DNA of 64,000 nucleotides from Eledone cirrhosa (GCA_964016885.1 OZ024741.1:329406001-329470000); one strand, 5' to 3'. Shown: positions 1-13,310, counted from the first letter of the stretch. Notes: a model not told the origin generated them from the letters alone. Numbers and translations: made by a program.

Positions 1-33
<33 letters not shown>

Positions 34-535
34 TCATAAGATATATACACATATGCACACATACATACGCACACATACATGTATATATGTATAATTACAC
101 ATATATGTGTATGTACACGTATATGCGCCCACATATAACCATATGTGAGCACACTTAAAAACATTGTGGGTATGTAAGGACAAGGGGGAGTATAACTGAA
201 ATTAAATAATATAATGAATTAAGATGAACAGGTGAGGGAGAAAAGGGCTGTATAAATTGTGAGAGATCTGGATAAGGGTATATAGTTAAAAAGTGATCTG
301 GGTAAATGTAGAGTAGAGGATGAAGGTGGTGGGTGTGTGTGTGTTAAAGGTATGGTAGAAAAAAAAGGGGGCGGGGTTGTATAAATCAAATGAAAAAAAT
401 AGATAAACATGAGGGAGAAAAAAATGTATATATTGGTAGAAAGTATGTGTTTATATGATAAACTGGGTAGGAAGTAGTGTTCATAAGGTGATGATATTGG
501 TAGTGAGTGGGAGGCGTAATATATAAAGAGAAAGC

Positions 536-972
536 TCAGGATGGTTGAGTAATCGTTGGTGTGTTAATCCAGCTAAAAAGTAGATGCGATTTCAGGTGCG
601 GACATCTAAAGATCTCGGTCTTAGAGTTGAGGCAAGTGGGAGGGGTTTTCAGGTTTTGGAGAATTCTAAAGTTTTCCGTAGTACACAAAGAACATTTCTT
701 TGTGCCCCTTTGGTATTCTCTTGAGTGGTCTAAAATAGACCAGTCAATAGAGTATGTAATGTTTCTGTCTTTAAACTCCCACAATTTATTTGCCAACGCC
801 GTTGCTGCTCTTTTTTCAGGGTGTTTGAAAGAAACGACATGTGCATAAAAACCTGGTTTTAAATCTGTCCTGAGTCATGCCAACATATCTCTCACTTCTG
901 GCTAGCTGGTTATTAATAATCGGTGTCAACTTGGCCTCATACACAATGGATTTAGTATTACATTTGCCCTGT
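536..972 (-). pseudogene. Penelope-like element GIY-YIG endonuclease fragment (frameshifted, 5'-truncated)
   Basis: ORFs 816..1010 and 536..796 give C-x-TKSIVYEA...YVGMT...FKTRF and W-SIL...CSLCTTE...LNSKTEIFRCPH, the PLE GIY-YIG/Cys signature. Confidence 0.8.
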
Positions 973-1167
973 AATAGGAAAAGATTCAGGACCTCGACGG
1001 CAGAGCTCAAGCCGTTTCGACGGCTATTTCTGGACTGAAATAGCCGTCGAAACGGCTGGGCTCTGCCCTCGGCGTCCTGAACCTTTTCCTATTTCCCACT
1101 CTACTACCCAAAGTATCGAGTACCCTGGTGCGTTATGGTCCACCTGGTTCCTTACCACACTTCCTTC

Positions 1168-1170
<3 letters not shown>
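973..1170. mobile_element. Short fold-back element (palindrome 973-1093 plus unique tail); same family as 5421-5622
   Basis: gccgtttcgacggctatttc-tggact-gaaatagccgtcgaaacggc inverted repeat; tail ggtgcgttatggtcc...ccttcgtt shared with the 5.4-5.6 kb copy; ends in (TA)n. Confidence 0.75.
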
Positions 1171-1248
<78 letters not shown>

Positions 1249-1274
1249 ATATATGTTTTTTTGTTTTTTTTTTT

Positions 1275-1440
1275 GTCGTTTTGGAAGCCTCAACAATGCA
1301 GATAGGTAATCTCCGGGTAACAGAATCCGGATTCTGTTACCCGGAGATTATCGCATCTGCATTGTTGAGGCTTCCAAAACGACCCAAAAAAAAATCTTAT
1401 TATTCCACAATGCTTCAAGCAAACTTCAATACCCTCTTAC
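1275..1440. mobile_element. Short fold-back element (near-perfect palindrome 1275-1382 plus tail) between (TA)n tracts
   Basis: Arms gtcgttttggaagcctcaacaatgcagat / atctgcattgttgaggcttccaaaacgac centred on aatccggatt. Confidence 0.65.
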
Positions 1441-1474
1441 ATATATATATATATATATATATATATGTAAAAGG

Positions 1475-1589
<115 letters not shown>

Positions 1590-1918
1590 ATGCATGTATT
1601 TATGTTTATATGTATATTACAATATACAAAAATAGGTTACGCAGTAAATAAGGCAAAGAAAAGTCATCTTTCTTTATAAATACGTGTGTGTGCACGACTG
1701 TGTACATGTCAGTCTGCCCGTCTGTGTGCATGAGTGTGTATGTGCACGACTGTCTGTGTGTGCGCGAGCACATATCTACTTTCAATGGTTTCCTATGATT
1801 TCACATCTTAACCTAATTACCAGGTAGTATATGTGGAACGGAGGCATTGTGGGAAGATATCAACTCGTAAATAAATAAATTAACACTCTTTCACACAAAC
1901 AGACGCAAACCTCTAATC

Positions 1919-2111
<193 letters not shown>

Positions 2112-2152
2112 CGAAACATAAGTCAATTGGATGAACTCATAATCCTTTATTT

Positions 2153-2208
2153 ACTGCTATATATATTTCGATGGTAGCCATTGAATGGCTATGACCTCAT
2201 CAGGCAGT
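2153..2208 (-). ncRNA. Type I minimal hammerhead ribozyme
   Basis: Minus strand: actgc CTGATGA ggt-ca-tagccatt-c-aatggcta-cc-atc GAAA tatata TA gcagt; stems I and II pair, stem III palindromic. Confidence 0.85.
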
Positions 2209-2294
2209 TAGTCAGTTCTTAGATATGCCAGCTCTGTGTTTATGGTGTTGATGGTATCAGAGCCTTGGGACATATATATATATACATATATATA

Positions 2295-2336
<42 letters not shown>

Positions 2337-2345
2337 TATATATAT

Positions 2346-2522
2346 TAAAAATAACAGATTAAAGTTTAAGCAAAGAATCGCTGCTTTCACCCTTAACGGG
2401 ATCTTCTGAGTTTCAGAAGATCCCGTTAAGGGTGAAAGCAGAATAAATATTTGCTCTACGGTTCTTATATATTTGATATATATTTATCCTTATCGAGCCC
2501 TCTTTGGATTTATTATTATTAC
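2346..2522. mobile_element. Short element family A (copies also at ~4842-4920, 9490-9560, 48427-48520); fold-back 2381-2441
   Basis: Shared cagaagatcccgttaagggtgaaagcagcgattctttgcttaaactttaatctgttatttt; flanked by (TA)n. Confidence 0.75.
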
Positions 2523-2752
2523 TATATATATATATATATATATTTATAGATATATATATAGTAATATATATATATATATTTATAGATAGATAGATAGAAA
2601 GATATATAAGTGATAACACTCCATCCTGGAAAAAGCATCTTCAAAACACGTTTATAGGTTCTTGGTTTGATTGTAAAACATAACTAGATATATGTCATCT
2701 TAAGTATATAACCTTACTCATACTTTCTTCTAGACATGAACCTATATTCGTG

Positions 2753-2848
<96 letters not shown>

Positions 2849-3264
2849 CGTGTGTCTGTGTGTGTTTGTTGATAAAGGAAAAAAAACACATTTTGAACGA
2901 GCGAAATAAGATGTAAATGGAAGCTGACTCTTAAACGAAGTGTGATATTAAAAAGGTGACAAAAAAATGTGCATGAAACGTAAAGGAACGTGAACAATGA
3001 AACAATGAATATATAAATATATAAATATATATATATATATAAATGTATATATATGTATATATATATGTGTGTATATATATATATGTATATATATACATAT
3101 ATATAAAGTATATATACATATATATATTAGAAAGTGAGGTTTTTTTTACAAAATGAAAAACAACCGAGGTGTTCTACACGAGTGAAAGTATAAAGAAAAA
3201 GAGATGAAATCGAAAATGCAACTGGAGTCTTATTTTTTTTTTAAATATATATATTTATTTGGTT

Positions 3265-3302
3265 CCTTTACCGGTTTCGCAGTCCTTCTGCTTTTCAAAA
3301 GG
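3265..3302 (-). ncRNA. Minimal hammerhead ribozyme with U3-A8 core variant
   Basis: Minus strand: cctt TTGAAAA gcag-aagga-ctgc GAAA ccgg TA aagg; stems I and II perfect, stem III ACCGGU palindrome. Confidence 0.7.
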
Positions 3303-3682
3303 TGAGTTGAGATGGAGGGTCTGTGGTTTTTCTCACATCTGGTTGGTCTCTGAATGTTACTTGTTTTATATGGAAAAAGTGGCTCGAAATGCCAGGTTTT
3401 TCGAGAATTAATTTGATTGGTTTGTCAATAATTATAATAAATTTCGCGCCAGTTCGCGTTACAATAGTTCTTCAAATAAGAGGGGGAGTTGTCACAGGTT
3501 GTTTTTTCATATGAGTGTTTGAATTTCTTTTTACTTGAAAAAAGGGGCTCACGAAGGCTTTTTTTTGGTTGGTTATAAATGAAATTATGGCTGTCACGTG
3601 AACAAGTTTTCATTAAATTTTCGTGCCCTTATTTGGAAATCCATTCTGTAGCCTTTTTAGAGAATTTTATGATAAGTGAAAG

Positions 3683-3868
3683 ATAATTGTTTCTACTTTA
3701 GGCACAAGGCCAGTAATTACCCAGTGCATTACTGGTACTTTATTTTATCGACCCCGTAAGGATGAAAGGCAAAGTCAACCTCGGCGGGATTTGAACTCAG
3801 ATCGTAAAGGGACGTAACTATGCTGGAAAGCATGGCGTCTGACCCTCTACCGATACTGCCAATCCACA
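3683..3868 (-). mobile_element. tRNA-derived SINE family 1 (octopus-type); further copies ~7490-7615(+), 34881-34984(-), 36855-36925(-), 45290-45490(-), 47335-47516(-), 61213-61278(+), 62815-62950(-), 63505-63672(-)
   Basis: Repeated ggcacaaggccag...ctggtactttattttatcgaccccgtaaggatgaaaggcaaag..aacctcggcgggatttgaactcag; reverse strand has B-box GTTCAAATCCC. Confidence 0.8.
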
Positions 3869-4004
3869 GATAATGGTCAAGAGAAAGGGATGGGAGAATT
3901 GTTCTGGTTCAGTGAATATGGTTAGTTCGCTGGGGTGTCAGAATTCAGATTTTCTATTGAATAAAGAAAGTAAAGATATGTATGTTTATTTGTGTGCTTG
4001 TGTG

Positions 4005-4035
<31 letters not shown>

Positions 4036-4175
4036 TGTGTGTGTGTGTGTTTGAATTTCTTTACTTAAAAAAAAGGTGGCTCACGAAGGCTTTTTTTAAT
4101 TAAACGTGATTTGATATAATTACATATATATATATATATGTTTCTCTCTCTCTCTTCGGTTTGTGTGTGTGCGTG

Positions 4176-4264
<89 letters not shown>

Positions 4265-4271
4265 ATATATA

Positions 4272-4305
<34 letters not shown>

Positions 4306-4324
4306 CATACACACACATATATAT

Positions 4325-4393
<69 letters not shown>

Positions 4394-4448
4394 CACGCAC
4401 ACACACAAACCGAAGAGAGAGAGAGAAACATATATATATATATATACA

Positions 4449-4483
<35 letters not shown>

Positions 4484-4748
4484 TAATGGAATTTATCGAT
4501 GTCGCACTTGCACTAGAGCGATAAGATTCGATCTATTTGAGTTAGCCCTATTGATACTCAATGATGCACGAAATGAACTTGTTGTTTCAGAGTTGCAATC
4601 AATAATTTGATTTTAAACAGACCACAAACAAATTACTAAAGATGATGATTAAACCTTATGTAGAAGAAAACTACGCAAAACATAACATTAAAAATAACTA
4701 GGAAGTAAATGTATTGCACCAGAGTATACATGTGTCTAAGAGTATAAT

Positions 4749-4787
<39 letters not shown>

Positions 4788-4925
4788 CTGTGTGTGTGTA
4801 TGTCCGTTTCTCAAGTACTCAATGTTATATATATATATAGTAATAATAATAAATTTGAAGACTAAAATCCAAAGAGGCAGCGATTCTTTGCTTAAAATTT
4901 AATCTGTTATTTTAATAAATATATA

Positions 4926-5022
<97 letters not shown>

Positions 5023-5068
5023 GAGAGAGAGAGAGAGGGAGAAAGAGAGAGAAAGATAGAGGGAGAGA

Positions 5069-5125
<57 letters not shown>

Positions 5126-5356
5126 TCCAAGGAAGGGCAACATGAATGGACCTCTTATTTTTCTCTAAAAAAATCTTTTCCGCCTATACATCTCAGCAAT
5201 CTTTCTATTATTTAATTTCTCAGTCCCGATGAAGGAGTAGCGTCCGAAACGTGTCTCTTTTCCTACTATATCAAACGTAAAACTAATAATATATTTCTTC
5301 ATTGTACTGTGTTGTTGTTGTTGTTTTTTTGTTATTTCTCTTTGCCTTTTACATAT

Positions 5357-5420
<64 letters not shown>

Positions 5421-5425
<5 letters not shown>

Positions 5426-5622
5426 AACAACTATGACCCCACGGCAGAGCTCAAGCCGTTTCGACGGCTATTTCTGGACTGAAATAGTCCAGAAATAGCC
5501 GTCGAAACGGCTTGAGGTCTGCCGTCGGGGTCATACTTGTTCCTATTACCCACCCTACTACCCTTAATATTGAGTACTTTGGTGCGTTATGGTCCATCTG
5601 GTTCCTTACCACAATTCCTTCG
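5421..5622. mobile_element. Fold-back short element (palindrome 5421-5546 plus tail), family of 973-1170
   Basis: ataggaacaactatgacccc...gccgtttcgacggctatttctggact / agtccagaaatagccgtcgaaacggc...ggggtcatacttgttcctat; (TA)n on both sides. Confidence 0.75.
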
Positions 5623-5655
5623 TTATATATATATATATATGTGTGTCTGTGTGTG

Positions 5656-5748
<93 letters not shown>

Positions 5749-5924
5749 CAAAGGTTTACATGGAAACAAGTGAGACGAATAGACCTCATCAGTCAATCCT
5801 AGCAATGTTATTTCGTGCATAAGGATGCGATTGCATGGTACTCACCCTAAGCTGCACATTGACGTGGACAAGCAGCCGGAAAGATGCATATGATTATGCA
5901 AAACAACGACTTGAACAGCAAAGG

Positions 5925-6176
<252 letters not shown>

Positions 6177-6383
6177 ATATATATATATATTATATATATA
6201 TATATAAACAGATATATAGATCTGTTTATGTATATATATATAATTTGTGCGTGTTTGCGTGTGTGTGTGGAGAGAGAGAGAGAGAGGGGGGAGAGAGAGC
6301 GAGAGAGAGAGAGGGGGGAGAGAGAGCGAGAGAGAAGGATGGATAGATAGACAGATAGATAGACAGATAGATAGACAGATAGC

Positions 6384-6448
<65 letters not shown>

Positions 6449-8070
6449 CCTATCTAACGAAGGGGGGGGTTTTATGAGCTCGTCTACGTGTGTGTTGAAG
6501 CGAATAGTGTTAAACATGAGTAAAGTGATTTCAACCGAAACACATGCTCCACTGAATTCACCCCCCTTTGTACCTTTATATATTTAACTGGATCAAAAGA
6601 CTGTTCATTGGCTTCACCAAATTGCCTATGATAAATGTATGCTGTTTCCATTGCAGTGAAATTACGGCACAAACTATATATAATACACTGTCGTTGTTGA
6701 TGTTTCTACTGCTATCTCCTACTTTTCTTTTTCTCCTCGTACTCCTTCTTCTCATCCTCATCCTTCTTCTTCTGTTCCATCTTCTTCTTCATATTCTCCT
6801 CTTTTTTCTTTTCCTTCTTTTTCTTCTCCTTCTCCTTCTTCTTCTTCTCCTCCCCTCCCCCCTCCTATTTCCTCTTCCCCCTTTACTACTAAACTTTAAT
6901 CGAATAACTTATGATCAAAGAGATATTCAAGCTAAGGCAATCCCATCTTAGTATAGTTTTGTTTTTGTATTTATTTCATTTATAACGTACAAAGACTACA
7001 TTACGCATTATCTAATGTGTAATGCCTGTTTTAAGATCTTACATTGAGGGGGATTTGGGAAGGGGAGATCTAGGTACTATTTCTAGTAGGTTGATCAAAT
7101 ACTTACACGCCTCAGCTGAGTAGTCTCTAAGCGTGTGGCTTACACGTTAGCTTTGTAATCCTGTTCATGTGGATTCGATCCCTTTTTGAAGCACCTAAAG
7201 TTTATCGTAAATATTTTCTTGTTTAAACTCGGAACAATTCAATAATTGTGAGTGAGGTTGGTATAGTCAACGTTTGGTTATTTAGCGCCCTACGCTAGAT
7301 CTACAATGTGCACCCTCTCGCAGTTATGCAGCCTTTTCTCAGATGATTTCATAGGAATTAAACAGTTCTAGTCGTCTAGAAGTTCTTTCTGTATAGAATA
7401 AAGATGTCTGTACTTTTTTAGCTGTTTAAGTTTGATTGGAGTTCGTTTATGTTTGTCGCTTCTGTAATCTGTCGGAGCATTGCCACAGTTAACTTTGCCT
7501 TTCATCCTTATGGGGTCTATAAAATAAAGTACCAGTAATGCATTAGGGTCGATTTATTCGACTTTCCCGCCCCCTTCAAATTACTGGCCTTGTGCCTAAA
7601 GTAGAAACAATTATTAACCATATTTCGTTTCTTTTACTTTCTATTGTAGAGTCTGGATTACATTCTGATATCTTGAACATTTCATAATTCTCCATTGTAA
7701 GGTAAGTTTACACAATTATTATATTCTACTTACCGTCACTGTTATCCTAGCATGTTATGTAAATTATATATTATGTGTGTGAATGTGTTTGTGTGAGCGT
7801 GTTCATGCGTTTACCTGAATGAGTGTGCCTGAATGCGTGTGCATATCTCTGCCTGTGCGTGAGTATGTGTGTGCGTGTGTAATTTGGTTAGCTGTGCATG
7901 TTTAGCATAAATGTATTCATAGAGATGTAGACAGAAGGTTTCTTAAGAATGAAACAGTTCTTGTCCTCCAGAAATCATCATCTATAATAAAATAGATATG
8001 ACTATGAACTACTCACGTTTTGAGTACCGTTTTAAACAGTTGTCACCTCCCAATATGCATCGGGAATCCA

Positions 8071-8104
<34 letters not shown>

Positions 8105-8357
8105 TTTATTCCGGGTTCAATCGGGGGAGGTGGATTATATATATGTATATGTATGTATATATATTTCGTTTCTGAATTTGTTTAGCAAGATTCTTTATCT
8201 GAAAACGTGTGTTGAAACCGATATTGTTATACTTTGGGAGGGTCATGTTGCCAATAAGAAACACACGCACCAGTTGTTTCACTTCAATTTATTATAATAA
8301 ATTTATAAATTTCTGGTTGGTTGGTTGGTTCCACAACCAGATGGTTGTTTATATATT

Positions 8358-8400
8358 GTCAAAGTTCTTTCGTCACACATTCTGTGACTTCTTCAGTGAC
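8358..8400 (-). ncRNA. Minimal hammerhead ribozyme (family B relative)
   Basis: Minus strand: gtca CTGAAGA a gtcaca-gaatg-tgtgac GAAA gaac TT tgac; decayed copy at ~48305-48345. Confidence 0.8.
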
Positions 8401-8810
8401 TGGGGATTCTTTTCTTTGTTTTTGTGCCTCTCCTTTGTTCTGTCCTACGCCATCTTGAAGATGGTGTTAGTGGGTGTTAGTATACTGGTGGTGGGGAAAG
8501 GGTTGAATGCGAGTGTGTTAGTGGGGGTTAGTGGTGGTAGGGTGTGTAGAGTGGGTGGTGTAAATGGGTGTGGGTGGGAGTGGGTTTTCGTGTGCGTAGG
8601 GTCAGGGGAATGTTAGTGGTATTAGTTGTGGGGTGGTTGGAGTGGATGTGTGGGTGAGGGTCAGTGGTGGTAGTAGGGTGTGGATAGTGTGAGTGCGTGT
8701 ATATATGTACAAGTGGGTGTGTGCGTTGAGGATGAGGGGTGGGGATGTTAGTATTGTTAGTTGGGGGCGGGTGGTCGGGGTGGGGTGAGTATGTTAGTAT
8801 TGTTAGTTGT

Positions 8811-8863
<53 letters not shown>

Positions 8864-9131
8864 GTGCGGGGGTATAGGCGTTGCGCGGGGTCTGTATGTG
8901 CGTGCGTGTTTTTTTTTTCTTTTTTTGTTTGTTTTTTTTTCTTTTTTTTTGTGTGTTTTTTTGTGTTTTTTTTTGTGTACGTGCTTGTATTTGCATACCC
9001 ATGGCGAGTGTTTTCGCGTATGCTTGTGTATGTACGTATCTGGTTGCGTGCATGTATATATTTAATTTCTATTACCTCTGTAATTTATTTACTTTATTCT
9101 TAACTCTGAAGCCGGGAATCATTCGGTTTCC

Positions 9132-9412
9132 TAATAGAATTTTAGTCTACGAATTCAGTTATACCATATACGTGGTTTTGTCTTTGCGTGTAATTGTTCT
9201 GAACGCTCCACATAATGACGTATTATCTTCGTTTTTTTTCGTTCATTGCCAGAGAACGTCTCCACGAACCACCTAATAGAATATTAGTCTACGACTTCAT
9301 TTATACCATAAACGTGGTTTTGTCTTTGCGTGTAATTGTTTTCACAGCTCCAAATTATGACGTATTATCTTAGTCTTTATCCGTTCTTTGCCAGGGAACG
9401 TTTCCACGAACC
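9132..9412. repeat. Tandem duplication, ~143-bp unit x2
   Basis: taatagaat.ttagtctacga...gtggttttgtctttgcgtgtaattgtt...ccacgaacca occurs twice in tandem. Confidence 0.85.
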
Positions 9413-9491
9413 AAAGTATCGTCTTCCTGTCTTCCTTCGATTGCAACGTTTTTGGAAATATTTACTTCTGCGTTCACAGATTGATTTTTTT

Positions 9492-9542
9492 AGTTTCAGA
9501 AGATCTCGTTAAGGGTGAAAGCAGCGATTATTTGCTTAAACT
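9492..9542 (+). ncRNA. Hammerhead-like motif with A at position 4 (family A)
   Basis: agttt CAGAAGA t-ctc-gttaa-ggg-t GAAA gca-gcgattatt-tgc TT aaact; three stems pair. Confidence 0.6.
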
Positions 9543-9710
9543 TTAATCTGTTATTTTAATATATATATATACATATATATATATGTAGAGGTTATATTTA
9601 ATTTGTTGGGATACAAGCAAAATATTTTTATAACTGATATAAAGCACTCAACAGTTGGTTGCATTTTTTAAGGGTATGTCAATATTTATTTATAAAACTA
9701 ACCTATATTA

Positions 9711-9776
9711 TATTTTATCTGATGAAAGCGCACCATAGTTTGCTTTGATGGCCCTTGAAATATGTATAATGAAATA
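9711..9776 (+). ncRNA. Minimal hammerhead ribozyme (family C relative)
   Basis: tattttat CTGATGA aag...ctt GAAA tatgta TA atgaaata. Confidence 0.75.
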
Positions 9777-9814
9777 AATATGGTTTTATAAATATAGTTT
9801 CCATTTGTTAATAT

Positions 9815-9888
<74 letters not shown>

Positions 9889-11209
9889 TATAGATAGATT
9901 ATTATATATATGTGTGTGTGTGTGTGTGTGCGTGCGTGTGTGTGTGTGTATGTGTGTGTGGGGGGGGGGGTATAGATAGCTATATACATAGAGAGAGAGG
10001 GGGAGAGAGATACAAAGAAAAGGAAAGCACAATAAAAGTGTCCACACCCGATATTATCATTATACGATTTCATCAAAACCAAGTTCCCACTAATTTTGGA
10101 ACCGATAAGTGAGAAAAATTATCAGTAACTATATCTACAACAACAACTAGTATTGCATTGTACTATTTCACCAATAACCTTAAAACACTTTCAGAAGAAA
10201 AAAACCCGCAGTAACAAGGACAACAGTAGTAGCGACAACAATAACAACAATAGCATCAGCAATGACAACAACAATAACAACAGCAACAGCAGCAGCAACA
10301 AAAACAAAAATAAGAGCATCAACAACAACTACTGTAACAATAATAACAGTTTAACATAACGAAAATAAAAAGAATAATGAAAAGCGAAATTAAATAAAGT
10401 CAACAACAAAAAAAGAATCAAATACAGAAATAACGAAAGGTAACGAAAAATAATGAAAGGTAACGAAAAATAATGAAAAGTAACGAAAGATATCGAAAGA
10501 TAACGAATGGTGTGAGATTTTTGGACGTGACTTTACTGAAATATTTCAATGTAAGCTCGAGAATTGTGGATGTAAGATATATATATATTGTATCTACGTG
10601 CAGAAAAGCTAGTTTTTAAAGCATTCTGGCGTGTATTGAAGTGGTTTTAAACAATGATCGCCAAACCTGCTTCATTAATCGAACCGAACAGAGGAATAAT
10701 TGATGTCAGCTGTAACGAAAATCTCACATACCTATTGCCTTTGCAACACAGCACAACACGGCAAGGCACGGTCCAGTTCGGTTCGGTTCGACACTCTAAA
10801 GTAACAGCTTCTAAAGTTGTTAGAAATTGTTTATTCTTGGTTTGTATACTGTTATTATTCTTATGGCTGTTTTCATTGTTACTATTGTTGTTGTTGTTAT
10901 TGTGGCTTCCTTCCTTCCTTCTTTCTTTTTTGGTCTTTTGCTGCTGTTGTTGCTGTTGTTGATGTTGTTGAGTCGTACGCCTGTAACGAACAACATAGTT
11001 AACTGGTTTTATTTATGGAAATTTTGTAAAGTGTAATACCTTCGTACGTCTAGATGAAGGAATAATCAGCAAAAGCAATAGCATATATATATATATATAT
11101 ATAAATATGTGTGTGTGTGTGTGTACCTGTGAGTATAAATATATGACCATAAATATATGTATACATATATATAAATATAAATACATATGTATATATATAT
11201 ATACACACG

Positions 11210-11252
<43 letters not shown>

Positions 11253-11302
11253 TAATATTAATTCAAAATATTAACAAAAATAGACATTCGTGTGATCAAG
11301 TA

Positions 11303-11369
11303 TATTTTATTATACATATTTCAGAGGTACTGAGCTATCTTCAACAGTACGTCCTCATCAGATAAAATA
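11303..11369 (-). ncRNA. Minimal hammerhead ribozyme (left arm of palindrome)
   Basis: Reverse complement of 11462-11528. Confidence 0.85.
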
Positions 11370-11461
11370 AGATGATGCATGACATACCCTGACTTAGTAG
11401 ATGGTTAAGATTCAGCTGAATCTTAACCATCTACTAAGTCAGGGTATGTCATGCATCATCT

Positions 11462-11528
11462 TATTTTATCTGATGAGGACGTACTGTTGAAGATAGCTCA
11501 GTACCTCTGAAATATGTATAATAAAATA
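11462..11528 (+). ncRNA. Minimal hammerhead ribozyme (right arm of palindrome)
   Basis: tattttat CTGATGA gga-c-gtactg...cagtac-c-tct GAAA tatgta TA ataaaata; 8-bp stem I. Confidence 0.9.
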
Positions 11529-12033
11529 TACTTGATCACACGAATGTCTATTTTTGTTAATATTTTGAATTAATATTAATAACTCCGGAAAACCATTATT
11601 GTGGAGTGCTTCCAATCTATTGTAAAACTCATTCTTTGATTTATTCATTGAACCTTGTTTAACCTTTAAATATATATATATATTGGAAAATGTGTGATAT
11701 CCTGGGTACAGTTAGGTATATTTGAAAAAAAGGAAAAGAATGACTTCACTTGTAGTGTTAAAAAATGTATGATTTAATGTTATAATATTATATTATAATA
11801 TTATGAGTTGGTAGATCCAGTAACTTCTTACTAACTTCGGTGGGAAGAGATTCCTGGTTAACTTGGGTTGGAGTACTTTCTCGCATTCGTCTGTATGTGG
11901 CGATTGTCACACTGAGGTCAGGTTGTGTTGAAATGTGTGACTATATATAAGAGAGATTTGGATGTGTCTGGGGTGTGGCATGTGGTGTTAATGAGTGTTG
12001 ATGATGATAAAGGTCCGGAGGAATTAAAGTATG

Positions 12034-12088
<55 letters not shown>

Positions 12089-12489
12089 ATACACACACAC
12101 ACATACACACATATATATACACTCAGAAAATGGTGAGGTTGTAAGATAAGGGTATTTGTCTCCTGCTGGTTTTATTTCATTAGCTGACTTTTGATGAGTT
12201 TATAATGGCATAGCTCTTCCAAATCCATAAAGAATATCTTCTACAGATTTCTATATCAAAGATGAATTTGGGTGCCTCTCTGGGTTTTAATGAGGTGTAA
12301 GATACATGTCCTTTGATAAGAATGGGATGACAGGAAAAAAAGAAAAGAAGGGTAGTTTGGGAATATTTGTCAAAGATGTGTTGTTGATATTGGTCTGGAG
12401 GAGGAAGTGTGGGGGACATGCTGGCTCACAAATTCACTTCCCTATATGTAAATGTATTTACAGTCCATATATACTACATACAAACACAT

Positions 12490-12664
12490 ATCAACACATA
12501 TACACAGAGCCTACAGCAATGGAATGTCCCACTGCGGACTTTGTAATTTAGAACTACTCCATATTTTAAGGTACGATGGTATGCTGCTTAACAGCAAAAT
12601 AGAAAGATCAATTTTCTGTAGGCATAAAATAGTTACCAGATTCACAAACTTCAAACCACCATGA
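12490..12664 (+). pseudogene. PLE GIY-YIG C-terminal fragment
   Basis: RAYSNGMSHCGLCNLELLHIL...LLNSKIERSIFCRHK matches the CxLC...LNxxxE...CxH tail seen at 536-796 and 17.2 kb. Confidence 0.65.
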
Positions 12665-13310
12665 TTTGAACCAGTAATCCCAAAATTAGAACTGAACCAG
12701 CTACATTTTAGCATATAGAATACACACCATCGCACTGCTATTAGTTGTCAAACGGCCAACTGGTCACTGGATCATAAATCTCTGAACATCTCTTTCACCC
12801 TCTTTCCCAGAAACAACATCAACCCCATTAAGATAGAACAATCAGCAAAACATTTACAACATACGTTTATCAAACGTCCCTTCACAATCCACCCCTAGCC
12901 CGTATATCTCATACATTTCTCCCCCAATTGGGCTCTAATTTATTGCTTTTTCTTTTTTCTTTTATCTGTCACTACGTCAGACCCCCTAAACGTATCTATG
13001 TATATTTCGAATCTGATTTTCCATGTTAGCACTAAACCCACCAAGGAATCCTTATAAGAACACTTACTCACCACCACCACAAACATACTATGTACTTACA
13101 TGCTCTCACTTATCCTTATTTATTTCTTTATATTTTCCATTTTCTTATTTTCTTATTTTTTTAATGTATCCTATCTTTTACTCTTTACTTTTTACATCTG
13201 TAACTTCTCTACCTATTTACCATATATGTTTTATTATTGATGTTATTGTTTTGATTATACGTTATTCTTCTATATATGTCTTGCCTTGAGTGAATTATTT
13301 TTATATCTAC

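Larger units (their letters stand above)
11250..11670. mobile_element. Family C element: perfect 332-bp spacerless palindrome (11250-11581) plus ~90-bp tail
   Basis: Centre ttcagctgaa at 11411-11420; arms mirror out to 11250/11581; flanked by (TA)n. Confidence 0.9.

Noticed and set aside
5785-5795. Isolated CTGATGA (minus) here, and similar lone cores at ~35196 and ~47611
   Set aside because: No correctly placed GAAA-stem III-UH or complementary stem I
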